Virus record (IMG/VR): IMGVR_UViG_3300020056_001325
Strand: one strand, 5' to 3'
DNA: 55,954 bases
Source: an uncultured virus (IMG/VR IMGVR_UViG_3300020056_001325)
Taxonomy: Duplodnaviria; Heunggongvirae; Uroviricota; Caudoviricetes
A program made the translations under genes and the position numbers. The notes below the pieces were generated by a model. It made no database searches. It saw only the letters and a list, made by a program, of their open reading frames with translations, and was not told the origin of the DNA. Shown one piece after another: positions 21,196 through 30,212 of the stretch. Positions within the stretch are counted from its first letter, which is position 1; each line of letters opens with the position of its first letter.

Positions 21196-21224
21196 TTGAC
21201 TTTTCCTTAGTTTTATTATATAAT
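21196..21224 (+). promoter_or_regulatory. Sigma70-type promoter
   Basis: TTGACT-17-TATAAT. Confidence 0.8.
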
Positions 21225-21243
21225 TTATACAATAGGAGAAGAT

Positions 21244-21411
21244 ATGTATTTTCAAAATAAAAATACTGGTATTGGTACTGCTGGTGCAACCGGTATAGCA
21301 TTAATGGTCTTACACATTTTAGGATATTTAACAGGATGGGCATGGCCTTTGCTGTATGTATTATTGATTATTATGGGTATAGGCGAAGAACAGGCACCTA
21401 AAAGAAAATGA
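21244..21411 (+). CDS. Small membrane protein (55 aa; not in ORF track)
   Basis: MYFQNKNTGIGTAGATGIALMVLHILGYLTGWAWPLLYVLLIIMGIGEEQAPKRK; AGGAG RBS; sigma70 promoter upstream; ATGA overlap with next gene. Confidence 0.7.
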   Translation: MYFQNKNTGIGTAGATGIALMVLHILGYLTGWAWPLLYVLLIIMGIGEEQAPKRK

Positions 21412-21815
21412 AGATAGGAATTACTTTTTCATCATTTGACTTATTTCACAGCGGACACGTTGCTATGTTAAAAGAAGCACGTAACAACTGTGATTACATG
21501 ATGGTAGGACTACAAACAGATCCAACTATTGATCGGCCTGAAAAGAATAAACCAATCCAAAGTGTTTTTGAACGCTACGTTCAACTTGAAGGGTGCAAAT
21601 ACATTGATCAAATTATTCCCTATGAAACAGAAAAAGATTTAATTGATATATTATTAACATACCAAATTGATGTACGATTTATTGGTGAAGAATACAGAGA
21701 TAATGACTTTACTGGTAAACAGATTTGTGTTGACAAAGGCATAGAAATATACTATAATAAACGTCAACATTCATTTAGTACAAGTGGACTAAGAAAAAGG
21801 ATAGAACAGGCATGA
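21408..21815 (+). CDS. Glycerol-3-phosphate cytidylyltransferase-like (TagD family)
   Basis: FDLFHSGH (HxGH), KPIQSVFER, FSTSGLR. Confidence 0.85.
   Translation: MKIGITFSSFDLFHSGHVAMLKEARNNCDYMMVGLQTDPTIDRPEKNKPIQSVFERYVQLEGCKYIDQIIPYETEKDLIDILLTYQIDVRFIGEEYRDNDFTGKQICVDKGIEIYYNKRQHSFSTSGLRKRIEQA
21730..21758 (+). promoter_or_regulatory. Sigma70-type promoter inside the cytidylyltransferase gene, upstream of the clamp-loader operon
   Basis: TTGACA-17-TATAAT, perfect consensus. Confidence 0.75.
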
Positions 21816-21985
21816 ACCCAGTACCTCGTAAAACAGATGACGAAACACAAAGAATGATTGATGAATATTTGGCTAAAGGTGGTAAGATTACATATTGCGA
21901 AACGGGCGAACGTTCTGATAATATAGATTACAAAGGCGGATTTTACACAAAACGTCGAAAGAAAAAAGAAGAGGCAAATAAATGA
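21812..21985 (+). CDS. Small protein (57 aa; not in ORF track) with IDEYLAKGGKIT motif
   Basis: [61 protein letters not shown] overlaps at both ends. Confidence 0.7.
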   Translation: MNPVPRKTDDETQRMIDEYLAKGGKITYCETGERSDNIDYKGGFYTKRRKKKEEANK

Positions 21986-22896
21986 AAGAACTATGGGTAG
22001 AAAAATATCGTCCTAAAACAGTAGATGGTTATGTGTTCAGAGATGAACATCAAAAATCACAAGTAAAGAACTGGATTAAAGAAGGTACAATTCCGCATTT
22101 GTTGTTTAGTGGTAATGCAGGTATTGGTAAAACAACACTTGCTAAGATTCTTTTCAATGAACTAGAAATTAACGACTTAGACATACTAGAAATTAACGCA
22201 TCGCGAACAAACTCAGTAGATGACGTTCGTGATAAGATTGTAAACTTTGTACAAATGATTCCATTTGGTGAGTTTAAGGTTGTACTGCTAGACGAGGCTG
22301 ATTACTTGAGTCCAAACGCACAGGCGGCACTACGTGGTGTAATGGAAGAATATCATACTACTGCACGTTTTATCTTAACTTGTAACTACCCAAACAGAAT
22401 TATTCCTGCTATTCACAGTAGGTGTCAAGGATTCCATATTGCTAAAGTAGATCAAACAGAGTTTACTGCTCGTGTAGCAGAAATTCTAATTACAGAAGGT
22501 GTACAACCTGATTTAGATACATTAGACACTTATGTAAAAGCAACATATCCGGACTTGCGTAAATGTATCAATATGGTACAAATGAATTCTCAAGATGGAA
22601 AGTTACTTGCACCAAATGAAAGTGATAAGTCAGAAGCAGACTGGAAACTTGATATGGTTGAACTGTTTAAAGCAGGCAAAATTAAAGAAGCACGTAAACT
22701 TCTTTGTGGTACAGTTCGTACAGAAGAGATGGAAGAAATTTATCGTTGGTTGTATGACAATATTGAATTGTTTGGCGATGAAGAAACACAAGATAAAGCA
22801 ATTTTAATTATCAAACAAGGACTTGTAGATCATACACTAGTTGTTGATCCAGAAATTAACTTGTCAGCAACACTAATTAAACTTGCGAGGTTATAA
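21982..22896 (+). CDS. Clamp loader AAA+ subunit (RFC small subunit/T4 gp44-like)
   Basis: [17 protein letters not shown] (Walker A), LEINAS, LLDEAD (Walker B), SRC. Confidence 0.93.
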   Translation: MKELWVEKYRPKTVDGYVFRDEHQKSQVKNWIKEGTIPHLLFSGNAGIGKTTLAKILFNELEINDLDILEINASRTNSVDDVRDKIVNFVQMIPFGEFKVVLLDEADYLSPNAQAALRGVMEEYHTTARFILTCNYPNRIIPAIHSRCQGFHIAKVDQTEFTARVAEILITEGVQPDLDTLDTYVKATYPDLRKCINMVQMNSQDGKLLAPNESDKSEADWKLDMVELFKAGKIKEARKLLCGTVRTEEMEEIYRWLYDNIELFGDEETQDKAILIIKQGLVDHTLVVDPEINLSATLIKLARL

Positions 22897-23228
22897 TGAG
22901 TTACTTAGTTAACGACAAGTGTATTAAATGTAAACACATGGATTGCGTAGAAGTATGTCCGGTAGACTGCTTTTATGAAGGTGAAAATATGCTTGTAATT
23001 AACCCTGACGAATGTATTGATTGCGGTGTATGTGAACCAGAATGTCCAGCAGAAGCAATTATCACTGAAAGCCAGGATGACGGTAAATGGATGCAATTAA
23101 ATCTTAAATACAGTCAAGAATGGCCTAACATTACTGTTAAAGGTACTGAACCTGAAGATGCAGAAGAATGGCAAGGCGTTGAAGGTAAATTTGAAAAATA
23201 TTTTAGTGATAAGCCAGGAGGACAATAA
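22896..23228 (+). CDS. fdxA: 7Fe ferredoxin (FdxA type)
   Basis: [43 protein letters not shown]. Confidence 0.93.
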   Translation: MSYLVNDKCIKCKHMDCVEVCPVDCFYEGENMLVINPDECIDCGVCEPECPAEAIITESQDDGKWMQLNLKYSQEWPNITVKGTEPEDAEEWQGVEGKFEKYFSDKPGGQ

Positions 23229-23563
23229 TGTCTAAGTTTCCAAGTAAAATGAGAGCAAGTCATATCTTGTTGTCATTTAAAGGTGCAAGAAACTCTACAC
23301 ATAGTAGAAGTATTGCTTTCGCTATGCAAGAAGGCGAAAGAATTACCGCTGAATTAAAACGCGGCGGCGTAAGTTTTGATCAAATGGCAAGAGAAAATAG
23401 TGCTTGTCCAAGCAAAACAAACGGTGGTGATCTTGGTTGGTTTGATCCAACTGAAATGGCTATTGAATTTTCAAGTGCTTGTTTAAATATTCCAGTTGGA
23501 GAACTAGGACCACACCCAGTAGTATCACCTTTTGGTGTACACGTAATATGGAGAACAGGATAA
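23228..23563 (+). CDS. Parvulin-type peptidyl-prolyl cis-trans isomerase
   Basis: RASHILL, SACPS..NGGDLGWF, SPFGVHVI. Confidence 0.9.
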   Translation: MSKFPSKMRASHILLSFKGARNSTHSRSIAFAMQEGERITAELKRGGVSFDQMARENSACPSKTNGGDLGWFDPTEMAIEFSSACLNIPVGELGPHPVVSPFGVHVIWRTG

Positions 23564-23567
23564 ATTA

Positions 23568-24248
23568 ATGTCAGATGTAAAATTAGTATCATACTCAACA
23601 CCAGTTGAAGATTTAACTGCACAGCATTTAACTAATATGCAGGATCTCATTGCCTATTGTGCAAGAGTTTCAAATCCTAGCAATCAAATGAACAAGGAGA
23701 CTTCGGAAAAACTTATAAAGTATTTGATCAAACACGCACATTGGTCTCCACTAGAAATGGTTAGTGCTTGTTTAGAAATTAATACTACACGTGATATTGC
23801 ACATCAAATTGTGCGTCATCGTTCATTTAGTTTCCAAGAGTTTAGTCAGCGTTATGCTGATCCTGCTGAGTTTGGTAATCAATTTGTGCTACGTGAAGCA
23901 CGATTACAAGATGAAAAGAATAGACAAAACTCAATTGGCTTAGGTACTACACAACAAGAGATGAATCTAATTAACGATTGGGAATCACAACAACAAAAAG
24001 TTATTGATGCCGCAAAAGAAGCATACGAATGGGCAATTGATAACGGCATTGCTAAAGAACAGGCTCGTGCTGTACTACCAGAAGGATGTACTAAGACACG
24101 ATTGTACATGAACGGTACATTACGTTCTTGGATTCATTACATTGAATTACGTGGTGCTAACGGTACACAGCAAGAACACATGGATATTGCTCATGCTTGT
24201 GCTAAAGTTATTGCAAAAATCTTTCCATTAGCAGAAGAATTAGTATGA
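23568..24248 (+). CDS. thyX: Flavin-dependent thymidylate synthase
   Basis: HWSPLE, RHRSFSFQEFSQRY, KEQARAVLP. Confidence 0.95.
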   Translation: MSDVKLVSYSTPVEDLTAQHLTNMQDLIAYCARVSNPSNQMNKETSEKLIKYLIKHAHWSPLEMVSACLEINTTRDIAHQIVRHRSFSFQEFSQRYADPAEFGNQFVLREARLQDEKNRQNSIGLGTTQQEMNLINDWESQQQKVIDAAKEAYEWAIDNGIAKEQARAVLPEGCTKTRLYMNGTLRSWIHYIELRGANGTQQEHMDIAHACAKVIAKIFPLAEELV

Positions 24249-24991
24249 GTAAACAAGAACCTGTAATATTCTTTGAAACAGAAAATTGGGCTGTAAGAAA
24301 ACACGCTCCAATTTTACCTGCAAAAGAATTTTTACCACAGGCTTGGAAAGATATTCCTGTGTTTACTAAAAAAGAAACACACAAAATTGATAGCGATCAA
24401 ACCGTTCGTGCTTGTCCAGGTATCGGAGACTATATGCAAATGGGATATGTTATTCCTGCTTGGTGCGATATAGAAATAAATCCAAGACCAGACGGACAAT
24501 ATGTTGAAACTCGATATTCAGACCCCGATTACAACGGTGCTTATCATCCTGCCGATCAAGTAGGTAATAGTTTTATTAAACAATACGGTGTAAGAACAGC
24601 AGTAAAACTGGACTGTCCTTGGAAAATATATAGTAAACCAGGTTGGAGTCTACTATATCAACCAATGTGGTTTCATGAAGAAAAGAATTGGGACGCAATT
24701 CCTGGGGTTATTGATCATGATGTAGGTGCTCTTATTAGTCCTATTAATATTATGTTAAAAGAACCTAAGTTAACTAAAATTAAAATGGGTGAACCTTTAG
24801 TACAGGTTATTCCAATTAGAAGAGAACCCGTAGTTGCCCGTTCAGGCGACTTATCTGAAACTGCCGTTAACAGGCACAATGCCATTATCAAACAATTAAA
24901 AATGATTTTTAATGGCTGGTCTAAATGGCAACACGCCAAGAAGACCTATATCTTAGATAGAAACGATACAGACCTTCCTGGCGATAATTAA
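24245..24991 (+). CDS. Conserved phage protein (possibly dUTPase-like beta fold)
   Basis: CPGI.DY...GYVIPAW, PW.I..KPGWS, IPGVID.D, G.PLVQVIP motifs. Confidence 0.5.
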   Translation: MSKQEPVIFFETENWAVRKHAPILPAKEFLPQAWKDIPVFTKKETHKIDSDQTVRACPGIGDYMQMGYVIPAWCDIEINPRPDGQYVETRYSDPDYNGAYHPADQVGNSFIKQYGVRTAVKLDCPWKIYSKPGWSLLYQPMWFHEEKNWDAIPGVIDHDVGALISPINIMLKEPKLTKIKMGEPLVQVIPIRREPVVARSGDLSETAVNRHNAIIKQLKMIFNGWSKWQHAKKTYILDRNDTDLPGDN

Positions 24992-25708
24992 TTACTCGTC
25001 TCCGTAGACTTCAAGCACCTCCTTAACTGCTTCATGTCTCTCAATATCATTTTGATGAAATCTGACTATGTCAATGTGCTTAGTTGCATGGTGATGCTCT
25101 AATGATTTAATAAAATCAAGAAGTCCGTTACTCTTAATTCTATCTGCCTGTGCTAAATCACCCGTTACTGCCATTTGGCTACCTTCTCCTATTCTTGTAA
25201 GTAGCATTTTCATTTGGTTAGGTGTGGCATTTTGCATCTCATCTGCAACAATAAATGCTTTTTTAAACGTCCGACCACGCATATAACTTAGTGGTGCAAT
25301 TTCTACAACACCATCGTAAATCATATTTTCTATTTCTTTCTTATTATAGTACTCCTTTAATACATCAAAGATCGGTCGGGTCCACGGTGCCATTTTTTCT
25401 TCCATTGATCCTGGTAAAAACCCTAAATCTTCATCAACAGAAACTGCTGGCCTCGTGATTACAATCTTGTCAACAACTCCTTCTTTAAATGCTTTAATAG
25501 CCACCTGTACTGCTAGAAGCGTTTTACCGGTTCCCGCTGGACCTACACCGAAGACTATGTCCTTCTTGTTATCCAACAGTTTTAGCATATATGTTTCTTG
25601 TGATTTATTTCTTGGAAGTATGTTAACTTGTTTTTTAGATTGATTAAAACTAATAACATTTGAACCGTTATTAGAGTAGTTTTGCCGTTTGGCTCTTTTT
25701 GCACCCAT
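24992..25708 (-). CDS. phoH: PhoH-like ATPase
   Basis: GPAGTGKT, ITRPAV, LGFLPG, YMRGRTF, DEMQN, TGDLAQAD; start placed at 25708 after an AGGAGG RBS. Confidence 0.95.
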   Translation of the reverse strand: MGAKRAKRQNYSNNGSNVISFNQSKKQVNILPRNKSQETYMLKLLDNKKDIVFGVGPAGTGKTLLAVQVAIKAFKEGVVDKIVITRPAVSVDEDLGFLPGSMEEKMAPWTRPIFDVLKEYYNKKEIENMIYDGVVEIAPLSYMRGRTFKKAFIVADEMQNATPNQMKMLLTRIGEGSQMAVTGDLAQADRIKSNGLLDFIKSLEHHHATKHIDIVRFHQNDIERHEAVKEVLEVYGDE

Positions 25709-25792
25709 TAAGTCCTCCTTCATGAGTTATAAGTAGTCATAGTAGGCACTTAGTATGTCCGTAAACACACTTGTTTTAGTGCTTACTAAAAA

Positions 25793-25800
25793 TATTTAGT
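25793..25800 (-). promoter_or_regulatory. Late promoter for phoH (ACTAAATA)
   Basis: TAAATA box on minus strand; an A follows after 5 nt and begins a long hairpin. Confidence 0.55.
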
Positions 25801-25843
25801 CGATTTTGCAGAGACAAAACTGCATACTTATAAACGCAAACCG

Positions 25844-25851
25844 GATAAATA
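25844..25851 (+). promoter_or_regulatory. Late promoter GATAAATA
   Basis: Divergent from the phoH promoter; heads the lysis-containing operon. Confidence 0.7.
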
Positions 25852-25878
25852 AGTATATAAAGCATAGGTGATAATAAT

Positions 25879-26397
25879 ATGTATGACGTTTTAGATCTAG
25901 TTAAAAATATTGAAAACATTTACGATAGTGATTCTGCTCTTTCAGTTTTAAAAGACTTTGAAAGAGTTTTAGATGAACTAGACCTATATGTATATGATAA
26001 TTGGGAGGACGGTGAATTAGTTTCAGGTCCTGATATTGAAAGACATTGGGTTAGTTGCTCGTTTATGTGGCCTAGAGATAGAATGCCTGATCCACAAGGT
26101 GGTAAACGTTTACTAGATTATGATTGTCAAGTATCATACGAAAAAACACAGATTATTAAACCAAGAAAAATTAAAGAACCAGACGATGTTCGTCCTGGTA
26201 CTAAAAAAGGAAAACTAGATAGACATCCTATTTGGGTTGTTAAAATTAAAATGCCTAAAGAATTAATTCTTAACATCTACAGTGGTTACGCAGAACAACT
26301 AGATTACTTAAAAGAACCAGCAGTTGCTGAAACTAATCCAGGTGGCGATGCGGCGGCTCCACAAGAAGCAGACGTTGCGGCAGAAGGTGGCTTATAA
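25879..26397 (+). CDS. Conserved hypothetical late protein
   Basis: 172 aa ORF; AGGTG RBS; late promoter at 25844. Confidence 0.7.
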   Translation: MYDVLDLVKNIENIYDSDSALSVLKDFERVLDELDLYVYDNWEDGELVSGPDIERHWVSCSFMWPRDRMPDPQGGKRLLDYDCQVSYEKTQIIKPRKIKEPDDVRPGTKKGKLDRHPIWVVKIKMPKELILNIYSGYAEQLDYLKEPAVAETNPGGDAAAPQEADVAAEGGL

Positions 26398-27113
26398 TGG
26401 GACTAAGAGCAGACGATCTTAAAGATCTAGTTTACAGAATTTACGAAATTGATTCATTTAAATCTAAGATGGGAGAAGATAAAGATATTGTTGTCCTAAG
26501 TTTTTCCACTATGACTGAAACTTCAGGCAGAGATTTAATGAACTTTATTGAAAAAGGATATCCATTTGTACTAGATGCTGATGTTACATCAGGTGAACAA
26601 AGCGATGGTACTTATAAAGTGTTTGTTGAACTAGAAAGAATGAAAGATGTTCCTGCACAAATTTTAGAAATTATTGACGGTGTGAAAAAAGTATCAGGCA
26701 TTGAAGATATGAAGTTTAGATATTATAAGAGTTTTAAAAGTTTGCCTTCATCAGAAGAGCAATTAGGTGAAACTATTCCGTTAGACAAAGATGCTTATGA
26801 AGTTAAAGTTAACGAAAGTAATATGGATAATGTTAAAAACTTCTTTAGCAAAAGTTATGTTGATAGCATTGATATTATCAACGAAACTATCCTTATAATG
26901 AAGAAGCAATATGCTGATACATTAAAATTTAATATTGTAGATTTTGGTAAATCATCAGATGTTAATAAAACAGTTACCGAGTCATACAATATCAATTCTT
27001 TTCCTGAAATAGTTTTCCTAACTAAATATATTGGAGACTTTGATATCGAAAAATACGGTGATAAGTTTCTAATCGAACACAATGATTATTCATTAGTGTT
27101 AACAAAAAGATAG
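26397..27113 (+). CDS. Conserved hypothetical protein
   Basis: 238 aa ORF coupled by TAATG overlap. Confidence 0.7.
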   Translation: MGLRADDLKDLVYRIYEIDSFKSKMGEDKDIVVLSFSTMTETSGRDLMNFIEKGYPFVLDADVTSGEQSDGTYKVFVELERMKDVPAQILEIIDGVKKVSGIEDMKFRYYKSFKSLPSSEEQLGETIPLDKDAYEVKVNESNMDNVKNFFSKSYVDSIDIINETILIMKKQYADTLKFNIVDFGKSSDVNKTVTESYNINSFPEIVFLTKYIGDFDIEKYGDKFLIEHNDYSLVLTKR

Positions 27114-27125
27114 GATTATTAAAAT

Positions 27126-27638
27126 ATGGCAAGTGAAAACTACGATAAGTGTTTAGAAACCATCCTTCATCACGAAGGCGGATATGTAAACCATCCGAAA
27201 GATCCAGGTGGGGAAACTAACTTAGGTGTTACAAAAAGGGTTTACGAAGAATGGGGCGGAACTAAAGACATGAAAGATCTTTTAGTTGAAGATGTTGCTC
27301 CCATTTACAGAAAAAATTATTGGGACCGTATGAAGTGCGATGACATTCCAGCAGGTCTTGACTTATGTGTATTTGACTTTGGTGTCAATGCAGGCACTGG
27401 TCGTTCTGCAAAGTACTTACAACGTATGATTGGTACTGTTGCTGACGGCGGTATTGGTCCAAATACATTAAAAGCATTAGCAACTTATGTTGATTCAGAA
27501 GGTGTTGAGACTGCTATTAAAAATTTCCAAGAAGCACGTCAATCATACTATGAACAATTAAGTACTTTTGAAACTTTCGGTAGAGGATGGACTCGCAGAG
27601 TAACAGAAACTACTGAACTCGCACTTAAAATGGTATGA
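27126..27638 (+). CDS. Endolysin, glycoside hydrolase family 108 with peptidoglycan-binding domain
   Basis: HEGGYVNHPKDPGGETNLGVT, FDFGVNAG, ADGGIGPNT, FGRGWTRR. Confidence 0.92.
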   Translation: MASENYDKCLETILHHEGGYVNHPKDPGGETNLGVTKRVYEEWGGTKDMKDLLVEDVAPIYRKNYWDRMKCDDIPAGLDLCVFDFGVNAGTGRSAKYLQRMIGTVADGGIGPNTLKALATYVDSEGVETAIKNFQEARQSYYEQLSTFETFGRGWTRRVTETTELALKMV

Positions 27639-27769
27639 GTCAAACCTGTTTAAACTGCGGTAGAGAACACGAAGGTAGGCTAATTGAAACTTTCACAGAT
27701 GGTGACAATAAGCCTATCGACATAGTTGTTTGCGAACAACCGCGTTATACAGAGGAAGAAAATGTTTAG
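27635..27769 (+). CDS. Small Cys/His-containing protein (44 aa; not in ORF track)
   Basis: MSQTCLNCGREHEGRLIETFTDGDNKPIDIVVCEQPRYTEEENV; fills the gap between endolysin and spanin, overlapping both. Confidence 0.55.
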   Translation: MSQTCLNCGREHEGRLIETFTDGDNKPIDIVVCEQPRYTEEENV

Positions 27770-28247
27770 TTCAATTAAAATTGCGTTAGTATTGTTTATG
27801 TTGGCAGGTGCCGGCGGTGGTTTTATGTATGTAAAAACACTTAAAAGTGATCTTGCTATTAGTGAAGCCAACAATGCTAAATTACAAGAAAGTGTAGCAG
27901 ACCAAAAAGCAGTTATAGAACAACAGCAAAAAGATTTTACTGCTATACTAGCCGCAAATAAAGAACTTGAAGAGAAAAATAGAGTTCTACAAGCAGAATT
28001 TAAATCGCTTGATGAACGTTTTAACAAAATTAATGGCAAAGGTGAAGTTAGAGATATCGGCAAACTTGCCATTGATAAAGATCGTGCAGTAGAACGTATT
28101 ATAAACAATGCATCTAAGAAAGCAATGAGATGTGTAGAGATTGCCATGGGCAGTCCATTAACGGAGAAAGAGCGAAATGCAACTAAGAAGTCTGAAATCA
28201 ATTCAGAATGTCCTAGCCTTGCTAATCCTAACTACGTTCCTTACTAG
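27762..28247 (+). CDS. Inner-membrane spanin (Rz-like)
   Basis: N-terminal TM segment (MFSSIKIALVLFMLAGAGGGFMYV), long coiled coil, C-terminal Cys; GAGG RBS. Confidence 0.7.
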   Translation: MFSSIKIALVLFMLAGAGGGFMYVKTLKSDLAISEANNAKLQESVADQKAVIEQQQKDFTAILAANKELEEKNRVLQAEFKSLDERFNKINGKGEVRDIGKLAIDKDRAVERIINNASKKAMRCVEIAMGSPLTEKERNATKKSEINSECPSLANPNYVPY

Positions 28248-28569
28248 TTGTAGTACGGTATCCAAGTTAGATATTTTCAAGACTGAGGTTAAAAGAGCAC
28301 CTCTGAATCTAGAGAATCCTGCGACTCCAAAAATGGAAGAACTAAAGTTCATTATCATACACAGCAACAATGCAGAAGAAGTGTTTGCTAAAATGAAAGA
28401 GCAAGGTAAAGATCCTGTGCTGTTTGGTTTAAGCGATGACGACTACGAAACACTTGCTAAAAACTTTGCACAAATTCGTGCGTACATGATACAGCAACAA
28501 TTGATTATAGAGAAATATCGTGACTATTACGAAGGCGATACTGCTACTGACGGCACTGATAGTCAGTAG
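28177..28569 (+). CDS. Outer-membrane spanin lipoprotein (Rz1-like)
   Basis: Overlaps 3' end of the i-spanin gene; signal peptide with lipobox FLTSC; Pro-rich segment. Confidence 0.7.
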   Translation: MQLRSLKSIQNVLALLILTTFLTSCSTVSKLDIFKTEVKRAPLNLENPATPKMEELKFIIIHSNNAEEVFAKMKEQGKDPVLFGLSDDDYETLAKNFAQIRAYMIQQQLIIEKYRDYYEGDTATDGTDSQ

Positions 28570-28684
28570 TTGTTCTGCTAGATCTAATTGTACCGCACAC
28601 CCTGGCGCTGATATAAACATTAGCAAGGGCGAAACCATCCAAGAAAAAGTAATACCCAAAGGCGAAATTCGCTGTAATTTCTAA
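28520..28684 (+). CDS. Small putative lipoprotein (54 aa; not in ORF track)
   Basis: GTG start; MTITKAILLLTALIVSSC-SARSNCTAHPGADINISKGETIQEKVIPKGEIRCNF. Confidence 0.5.
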   Translation: MTITKAILLLTALIVSSCSARSNCTAHPGADINISKGETIQEKVIPKGEIRCNF

Positions 28685-28690
28685 TAAATA
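28684..28690 (+). promoter_or_regulatory. Late promoter ATAAATA
   Basis: Intergenic, before 28718. Confidence 0.55.
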
Positions 28691-28717
28691 CACATATAAA
28701 CAAAACGAGGGATTTAT

Positions 28718-28999
28718 ATGTGGGAAATGATAGAAAGAATGGCATCCGATAGACTGTGGATTTACACAGCCTTAGCAGGATCTTTATTTGGTGCCGCATT
28801 TTTGTTCTGGTTTAAAGACACAAAAATGGCAATATGGGCGGTAGGTAAATTTGATGCCACTCTTGAATATCTAGTTAATCGTTGGGGCTGGACTTGGTTA
28901 CAAAACGATCCTAATGCTTGGCGTACAAAATATCCCCATGTTACTAAGAAGATTGACGAGTTAGAATCTCGAATCAGAAAATTAGAGGGTAAAAAATAA
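28718..28999 (+). CDS. Membrane protein (one TM segment)
   Basis: LWIYTALAGSLFGAAFLFWF; GAGGG RBS; late promoter upstream. Confidence 0.65.
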   Translation: MWEMIERMASDRLWIYTALAGSLFGAAFLFWFKDTKMAIWAVGKFDATLEYLVNRWGWTWLQNDPNAWRTKYPHVTKKIDELESRIRKLEGKK

Positions 29000-29322
29000 T
29001 GGCTGATACAGAAGTAAAAGTTCAAAGTACAGAACATAAAAAGAAAGTTAATCTTGAGTTAGAAGTTGATGCTTCAGCAAAAGACTTAGGAGTTAATCCA
29101 TACGCAAAATGGATTCATATGGCACGTGCCGTTGATAGTTGGAGAATTTTCCCAAGATTCTTTATTTCAACATATATTATTTTATTATACAAAGTTGTAG
29201 TTTGGTATATGGCACTTCCAAATCCTACTATGGAACAATCAGGGTTGGTTAGTATTGTAGTTGGTGCTGGTGCGGCTTGGTTCGGTCTTTATACAGGTTC
29301 GAGTAAAAAGTCAGACAAGTAG
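28999..29322 (+). CDS. Putative holin-like membrane protein (two TM segments)
   Basis: DSWRIFPR followed by two hydrophobic segments and a basic C-terminus; lysis-cassette context. Confidence 0.5.
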   Translation: MADTEVKVQSTEHKKKVNLELEVDASAKDLGVNPYAKWIHMARAVDSWRIFPRFFISTYIILLYKVVVWYMALPNPTMEQSGLVSIVVGAGAAWFGLYTGSSKKSDK

Positions 29323-29325
29323 CCG

Positions 29326-29354
29326 TTGACTTTCGCCTAAACTAAGTATATAAT
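29326..29354 (+). promoter_or_regulatory. Sigma70-type promoter for dnaJ-def-clpA
   Basis: TTGACT-17-TATAAT; ATG 6 nt downstream; no SD. Confidence 0.8.
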
Positions 29355-29360
29355 AGTACT

Positions 29361-30212
29361 ATGGATTATTATGAATTATTAGGCGTCTCACGAAACGCAT
29401 CCGAAAAAGAAATTAAAACTGCCTTTAGAAAAAAGGCGGCGACTCAGCACCCCGATAAGGGTGGTGATCATAAATTGTTTACACAGTTAAACGAAGCATA
29501 CCAAACACTAAGTAATCCTGAAAAGAAACGTATGTATGATCAATACGGAACTGCTGATCCTCAACAGGCACACGCAAGAGGGCATGGTGGTTCGAGTTTT
29601 CATTTCAATGCTAGTGATATGGAAGATATTTTTGGTTCATTTTTTGGACATCGTTCACCATTTGGACAAAGACAAATGCGTAACCAAGATATTACATTGG
29701 CCGCAGATATTGATATTGAAGATATTGTGTTTGGTAAAGACTTTTTAATTACGTATAGACTACCTAGTGGTAAAGAACAAAGTGTAAATGTTACATTACC
29801 GTCAGGCGTAAGACCAGGAGATAAAATACGATATTCCGGAATGGGCGGCGACCAAATTCCTAATGCTCCTAGAGGTGATTTATTTGTAATTGTAAGAGTC
29901 AGAAGGCACCCACGTTATACTGTAGATGGCATAAATTTATATGTAGACGAGAGAGTAAATGTTTTTGATCTTATGATTGGTTCTAGTATACACATACGTA
30001 CTATCCAAGGCAAAGAAGTAAGTTTAAAAATACCTCCTGGAACTAATAGTGGAACAACTTTTAGTATGCACGGACAGGGTCTTCCGGATAGACGTACTGG
30101 GCAAACTGGTAACCTATTTGTTAAGATTTATGGTGATACTCCTAAGATACAAGATACTGACATTATTGAACAATTGAGAAAGATTAAGAATGAAACTGAT
30201 AACTTATCCTAA
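29361..30212 (+). CDS. dnaJ: DnaJ-class chaperone (J domain plus C-terminal domain, no zinc finger)
   Basis: MDYYELLGV, HPD motif, G/F-rich linker, RGDLFV, IPPGT. Confidence 0.92.
   Translation: MDYYELLGVSRNASEKEIKTAFRKKAATQHPDKGGDHKLFTQLNEAYQTLSNPEKKRMYDQYGTADPQQAHARGHGGSSFHFNASDMEDIFGSFFGHRSPFGQRQMRNQDITLAADIDIEDIVFGKDFLITYRLPSGKEQSVNVTLPSGVRPGDKIRYSGMGGDQIPNAPRGDLFVIVRVRRHPRYTVDGINLYVDERVNVFDLMIGSSIHIRTIQGKEVSLKIPPGTNSGTTFSMHGQGLPDRRTGQTGNLFVKIYGDTPKIQDTDIIEQLRKIKNETDNLS

Noticed and set aside
27726..27761. Upstream starts given by the ORF track (also 25723, 33916, 46513, 48414, 52069, 53792)
   Set aside because: Downstream Mets have better RBSs or avoid long overlaps, so the starts were reassigned.
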